Positions 60,001 to 64,000 of a stretch of 64,000 nucleotides of DNA are shown here, in pieces; the stretch's first letter is position 1; every line of letters begins with the position of its first letter. This stretch comes from an uncultured Ruficoccus sp. (GTDB lineage Bacteria; Verrucomicrobiota; Verrucomicrobiia; Opitutales; Cerasicoccaceae): the NCBI GenBank assembly GCA_965140785.1, contig OZ223496.1:64001-128000 (forward strand), written 5' to 3'. Below the pieces are notes generated by a model that was given only the letters and a program-made list of their open reading frames with translations, made no database searches and was not told where the DNA came from. Made by a program: the position numbers and the translations under genes.

Positions 60001-61194
60001 CTGCACATGGTAACGGGCCGAGTTAATGTTGTAGCCGAGCAGGGTCTTGAGCGCGTCGGCAGCGTCCAGGGATTTGTTTTTGAGCGAAGCGTGGGTCCAA
60101 CTGCCAATATGCCCCCAGATGCCCCTGAGGAAGGTCTTCTTCCCGTTCAGGTAAAAGGCATTCCCCTCGATCCAAAATTCGCGAAAGCCGAAGGGGACGT
60201 TCCACCGGTCCAGCACGCTGCCCCGGGAATCCCCGACCGAAACGGCCAGGCGGTACAGGTACGGACTTTCCGGGGACCACAACTTCGGGTCGGGCCAGGC
60301 GGCCTCGTATTCGAGTATGTTGTCGTCTCTGGATTTCAGCTTAAAATTCAACGGCACCGGCTCTTCGCCATCGAGAATCTCGAGCGAAAGCGAAGCCGGC
60401 TGCACCTCTCCGGCACCGGCGACATCGACCTCAACGGCGAGGCTCTTATCGCGGAACGAGGGCTTCACAAAAACATCCGCGATGTGTCGCTCGGCAACCC
60501 CATAGATCAGCACGTCATCGGCAATACCCCGCTGGAAACGCGCTTGCACCGCCTTCGGAATTCCCTTCGGCAGCGTGTTGGCGTCACCGACGAGGATGAC
60601 CAATTCGTTCGGCTCGTCCCAGTTCACAAAATCGGTAATATCGTACTCGGCTGGATTGTATCCATCGGTGGATACATCGACCTGCTCACCGTTCACCCAG
60701 ATTTCATACTGGGTATAAATTCCCTCGCAGCGCAGCATGATGAACTCCGATTTTTGCAGACTTTCGGACAGGTCGAAGCCCTTTCGGTACCAGGCCCAGT
60801 GCGTGCTCGTTTTGTCCTTACCCTTGGGCCACTTGATTTTATAGGCCCACCAGTTCGCATGCCATTTCCAGCGCCCCGGCGTATCGGCGAGTTTGATTGT
60901 CTGATAGGGAGTCTTGTCGGAAAATGCCGGGCGTTCCTGCCCGAAAACCGGCGAGAAATCCCACTGCCCACCCAGTTCCATCAAGGGGCGGCTGGGGTAC
61001 TCCGCCTGCCACGCGTAAATATTCTCCGTAGTACCGGCATCGGCTGCCCGAGCCTTTCCCGGCAGGACCACCAACAGAACGAGCAGCGCGGACAAGAGTC
61101 CCAGGCTGGACTTCGTGCGGATGGCGCTGGCAGCACAGATCTCGATCAGAGGCTGAAAACGGGAAGAGGGGGATAGCAGGGGTTTCTTTTTCAT
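57100..61194 (-). CDS. Large secreted GH2-family glycoside hydrolase with extra C-terminal domains
   Basis: AWYRK.F, LWSPESPYLY, FGFREF, YLNGK, ADEVG, RNHPSVVIWSLTNE, KPLAIGE. Confidence 0.9.
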   Translation of the reverse strand: MKKKPLLSPSSRFQPLIEICAASAIRTKSSLGLLSALLVLLVVLPGKARAADAGTTENIYAWQAEYPSRPLMELGGQWDFSPVFGQERPAFSDKTPYQTIKLADTPGRWKWHANWWAYKIKWPKGKDKTSTHWAWYRKGFDLSESLQKSEFIMLRCEGIYTQYEIWVNGEQVDVSTDGYNPAEYDITDFVNWDEPNELVILVGDANTLPKGIPKAVQARFQRGIADDVLIYGVAERHIADVFVKPSFRDKSLAVEVDVAGAGEVQPASLSLEILDGEEPVPLNFKLKSRDDNILEYEAAWPDPKLWSPESPYLYRLAVSVGDSRGSVLDRWNVPFGFREFWIEGNAFYLNGKKTFLRGIWGHIGSWTHASLKNKSLDAADALKTLLGYNINSARYHVQPLPDEWYEAADEVGMLVLAEAATSHGPKSEHTLEHMERFIKRLRNHPSVVIWSLTNEFEHWKMPRDADTTEYLVGMQEAALATDPTRPVQHSAYGRLGGVEQIVNVHYPLGGVDFPNLFYWPLDGSPPGNPLYADLDWKKDKPLAIGEQMLLFNYDYLAIVIGDELYAEPVIASSKQIGRALGQMYAWNYQACLATGMAMTSGALPGRADYDRAYLMALKEAFLPVGGALDDWQGLRFFAGAETPRKYRVWNTSEESVAGQLKVTLSEKNSTAWTHEVALTLEPGETKVIDLPFPALEAKGTKRKILGEVQIVSDGGDVLFSQDYPVEVFSQDLRVADSGEIGVLEGSPELLDLLSALGANAHATTLEDLSYFTLVILGDEVSAAWLETNQQALSEYVAGGGCVLALTAPEGGYQWLPLELTPFDQPSTISFRRAKDSPVFANLNDEDLRMWATDNIIAPSMIVMPEGGNFRVIAQAGSRAGLNLTPLIQLYYGKGSYVLNTYDVPSRVRQEPAAALLLRNLIDWAGQLPQHTYASTLIVNADPNSTFQQSLKALRIDAQEAGSLPNAWDADNAQLILAGAQALSEDFPAAVARELLESGATVLVHNVSEKDAAWLREVVGAEPVFSEREGEVKVAPGILPGGLLADASLADLTWGERPVRNATPTAGKLVTWKGPVESRQSLAVTGMLQEIPVGQGRLVIDQILWDLEDRPPRMASILLTALHAKLTTIPKVFSETRSRPLALGPYCNINVGLFSKEWIVYQDSGQLPQSDQEGGTETPAFMHGQQLMTAGDVPFVILDPRKNDSRNAIIITQGKGESVTDFTQEDSSGLQGTYDIEIPVEDRLVERIYFFHAFLENWHLKVTRYNNVGSYRINYMDGTSETVPLVNKYNIDRFKKEAREDLPGAKVAANYPAANNSVVSVYRMEWINPTPTKRIRSIDFQPGQNMRRVPVLFGITLESAEEQYL

Positions 61195-61211
61195 TCAGAA
61201 AGGTTCACGAG

Positions 61212-61239
61212 TTATTTATTTAACTAGTAAACTAAATAA
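61212..61239. promoter_or_regulatory. AT-rich palindrome, candidate ROK operator
   Basis: TTATTTA-N14-TAAATAA between the divergent GH2 and ROK genes. Confidence 0.5.
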
Positions 61240-61459
61240 AATTACCCCTGTCAACCTTGAATTGCACAACCGGGTATCGCGAAAGCCTTCCGCCGGTTTC
61301 GTGGCGGCGTGATCTGGGATGGAGTTGTCCAATGGGGCGCCTGGAATAAGCCAGCTTGACTAACGAGATTGATTCATCGTTAAGTGCTTGAGGGTGTTTT
61401 AAAAGCGCCTTGGAATCAACGAATAACCAGCATGGAGCAGGCACCACGAAGGAGCTGAG

Positions 61460-62701
61460 TTGAAAAGAAAAGTTGTCATAAAAAAGGATTTGATAGCCGA
61501 GGAGGAGGCTCGACTGCTCAAACTTGTGCATGCCAACCCCGGTCTTTCGCGCCGGGAGATCGCCACTCGGATGCGTCTCTCCACCGCAGCAGCGGGCTAC
61601 TATGTGGACCGTCTGCTCAAAGACCGCTTTCTGCTGACCGGCGAGTCCGTCAAAAGTGGACGCGGTCGCCCCAAGGCGCCCCTGTACCTGAACGAGAAGA
61701 TCGGCTGCTTCCTGGGACTCGACATCAGCGGGACCTACATTCGGGCGGCTTGTCTGGACTTTGCCAGCAACCTGCTTTTCCAGCATATAGAAACGCTTCC
61801 CGACGACACCCCGAACGACGAGGTGTACCCCATCCTGGTCAAACTGATCCATACCCTCAGAAAAAAGCCGATGCCTGCCTTCATGGGGATCGGACTGGCG
61901 GTGCCGGTGATCAACAAGGCCGTGCCGCACTTCGCTCCGCTCAAGCTGCATGACGTGGGCCTGCTGCCCATCGCCAAGATTGCGCAGCAACTCTCCGACG
62001 CGCTCACGGTCCCCGTTACCCATGAGAGCTCGATCAACGCCCTCGGCTATGGGGAAATGCACTATGGAGCCGGCCTGCGCTGGAAAAACTGCGTCAGTAT
62101 CCTGGCCCGAACCGAGGTCAACGCATCCGTCACGATCGACGGGCGGTTGCAGGACCGGGGCCGACGCGGATCGAGCGGCATGATCGGCCAGTGGGGCTGC
62201 CCCAAGTATCTGCTGCCCAAGCAGACCGGCGCCCACCTCGACCTGGCGCAAGCCTCCTCCCAGATAGCCTTCCCCCAGGAAATCCCCGTCGAGCAGGTCG
62301 CCTCCATCTGGGGGCTGCGACTACAGATCAAGCTCGCCTTGGAGAGCGGTCGCAAGTCCCTCCTGCAAAGCTTCAGTAACCAATTGAGTCTGGAGTCCAT
62401 CCGGCGGGCGTACTGCGAGGGCGACCGCCTGGTCACCCAGCATGTAACCGCCGCCGCGGTTTCCCTGGCCTGGGCCATCAGCCAGCTCGTCCAGCTCTTC
62501 GACCCCGAGCGGGTCATTCTCTCCGGCCCCATCACGATCTTCGGCCAAGCCTTCCTTGACTGCGTGCGGGAGCAGACCGCCAGCCGCTTGAAAGGCACCC
62601 CCTGGGACCCGGCTCAGGTGGAGTATTCCGAAATGGGGGAGTACTCCGTCGCCATCGGTGCGGCGGCGAGCGCCCTGGACAAGTGGCAGCCCGCCCGGTA
62701 G
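61460..62701 (+). CDS. ROK-family transcriptional regulator
   Basis: SRREIA wHTH, GRGRP, LGLDI, GIGLAVP, FDPERVILSG, AIGAA. Confidence 0.92.
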   Translation: MKRKVVIKKDLIAEEEARLLKLVHANPGLSRREIATRMRLSTAAAGYYVDRLLKDRFLLTGESVKSGRGRPKAPLYLNEKIGCFLGLDISGTYIRAACLDFASNLLFQHIETLPDDTPNDEVYPILVKLIHTLRKKPMPAFMGIGLAVPVINKAVPHFAPLKLHDVGLLPIAKIAQQLSDALTVPVTHESSINALGYGEMHYGAGLRWKNCVSILARTEVNASVTIDGRLQDRGRRGSSGMIGQWGCPKYLLPKQTGAHLDLAQASSQIAFPQEIPVEQVASIWGLRLQIKLALESGRKSLLQSFSNQLSLESIRRAYCEGDRLVTQHVTAAAVSLAWAISQLVQLFDPERVILSGPITIFGQAFLDCVREQTASRLKGTPWDPAQVEYSEMGEYSVAIGAAASALDKWQPAR

Positions 62702-62713
62702 GAAGCGACGCGC

Positions 62714-63439
62714 TTAGCCGGCCCTCACGATAAAGTAGATCCCACTGCAGGCCAGAAAGCCGATGACAAGCCGGCGGAGAAACCGGTCAGAAAGCCGGTG
62801 CCCCACCTGTAATCCGCTCCACGCCCCCACAACCACCGCCGCCATGCCTGCCAGGCCATAGGCGAAAAAATCCCCCCGGTAGCTGCCGTTGGCCAGAAAC
62901 TGCACGGTACGCAGGCCATTGCCGAGGCCGAGCAGAAGTTGGGTCGAGGCGATGAAGGCCAGGCGACTCAAGGGCCGGTTGAGGAGAAAGCTCACAAAAG
63001 GCGGCCCGCCCGTGCCAAAGGCGCCTGTTAACAAGCCTCCAAGAATTCCGCAGGGCACCCCCGCATAGACCGGATGCCAATATATCCCCTCCCCCGCCTC
63101 TGGCCGGGCGAGGAAGCGCTGAAAGGCGGCATAGATCATCAGCACGCCCAGAATCCCGCTCAGGACCGATTCATTAACCCCCAATAACAACCAACCGCCC
63201 AAGGGAACGGCCACCACGCAGGCTACCGCCATAGGGACCAGTCCCCGCCAGGAGAAGTGCCGGCGCAGCCGCCCAAACAGATAGGCGTTCAACACCAGAC
63301 CCGCCGGGGCCAGCAGGATCGACGCCTCCTTGACGTCCATGCTCCACCCGAGCAGAGCCAGCGCCACGAGCCCGAAGCCGAAGCCAGTCACTGACTGCGT
63401 CAGCGCGGCCAGGAAGAGACACACCGCAAAGAGGCTCAT
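62714..63439 (-). CDS. TauE/SafE (sulfite exporter family) membrane protein
   Basis: QSVTGFGFGL, GLLTGAFGTGGPP; about eight transmembrane segments. Confidence 0.85.
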   Translation of the reverse strand: MSLFAVCLFLAALTQSVTGFGFGLVALALLGWSMDVKEASILLAPAGLVLNAYLFGRLRRHFSWRGLVPMAVACVVAVPLGGWLLLGVNESVLSGILGVLMIYAAFQRFLARPEAGEGIYWHPVYAGVPCGILGGLLTGAFGTGGPPFVSFLLNRPLSRLAFIASTQLLLGLGNGLRTVQFLANGSYRGDFFAYGLAGMAAVVVGAWSGLQVGHRLSDRFLRRLVIGFLACSGIYFIVRAG

Positions 63440-63488
63440 CGCCAGGGGCTCACAAACAGTCGGCACGGGGAACTCCTGCGTAAGCCCC

Positions 63489-64000
63489 CTACCAGGGCAA
63501 ATGCGTGTAGTCGTCCGTTTCGTTGCCAATCCCGACGGGCAGCAACTCCACATGTCCATCGACAAAGAGATAATTCGCGAGGGGAGCTCCGTTTTCGGCC
63601 AGGCCGTGCCAATTTATCCCGCGCTCTTCGTCATTGCGGTAGTTGCGAATCGTGAAATCTCCCGCCAGCACTGTCCGGGTCGGATAGCGGATCTGGTCCA
63701 TCGGCTTTCCGAGCAGGGTGGTAAAGTCCGGATTGGGGCTGCGCGAGTTCCACACATACGAAGTCCCGGCATAATCAAACATGGATGCCTCATCCCCCGT
63801 CCATTCAGAGGCCCCCTCGTCTGCCGGACAGTGGAATACGTCGAAGGCCGAATCGGGCATCTCGTCGCCCTCCTTCATCGTCAGTACGTACTCGTTGATC
63901 GGTCGGCCAGTCGGCAGCAGTATATCGTAGGGAGACGCCGCACCGGCCTTTCCGCCGAAGGCAAAGGTACTGTTCGAGGCCGGGGTCGAGCTGGTCTTGG
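63489..64000 (-). CDS. C-terminal part of a prepilin/H-X9-DG-type protein; 5' end outside the window
   Basis: Frame is open to the window edge; VFHCPAD, SYVWN, PTRTVLAGD, WH...ANYLFVDGHVE. Confidence 0.8.
   Translation of the reverse strand, partial: KTSSTPASNSTFAFGGKAGAASPYDILLPTGRPINEYVLTMKEGDEMPDSAFDVFHCPADEGASEWTGDEASMFDYAGTSYVWNSRSPNPDFTTLLGKPMDQIRYPTRTVLAGDFTIRNYRNDEERGINWHGLAENGAPLANYLFVDGHVELLPVGIGNETDDYTHLPW

Overview
GC-rich bacterial chromosomal window, most likely Verrucomicrobiota (Opitutales/Puniceicoccales-like). That call is inferred from the PEP-CTERM proteins, prepilin/H-X9-DG proteins, a giant PilX-like protein and the LacI types. The window is almost entirely a run of about five carbohydrate-utilisation loci. 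Enzymes seen: GH106-, GH1-, GH26-, GH39/clan-A-, GH105- and GH2-like hydrolases, an alginate-lyase family and a heparinase II/III family protein, a sulfatase and SGNH esterases. Also present: SSS and MFS transporters, and LacI, GntR, AraC and ROK regulators. No SusC/SusD or TonB-dependent receptor is visible. Four of the loci instead pair a PEP-CTERM surface protein with a type IV pilin-like or PilX-like gene. A 13-bp palindrome, TCGAACNGTTCG(A/C), occurs six times, always in upstream intergenic DNA, and defines a ~19-kb candidate LacI regulon that includes the PilX-like gene. A small tyrosine-integrase element (~9.1-12.9 kb) appears to have inserted at the 5' end of tRNA-Leu(CAA). It contains an IS3 copy broken by three short hairpin-bearing insertions. 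Several single-base frameshifts sit in G/C homopolymers, so assembly errors are likely. All product calls come from motif recognition by eye; no database search was run.
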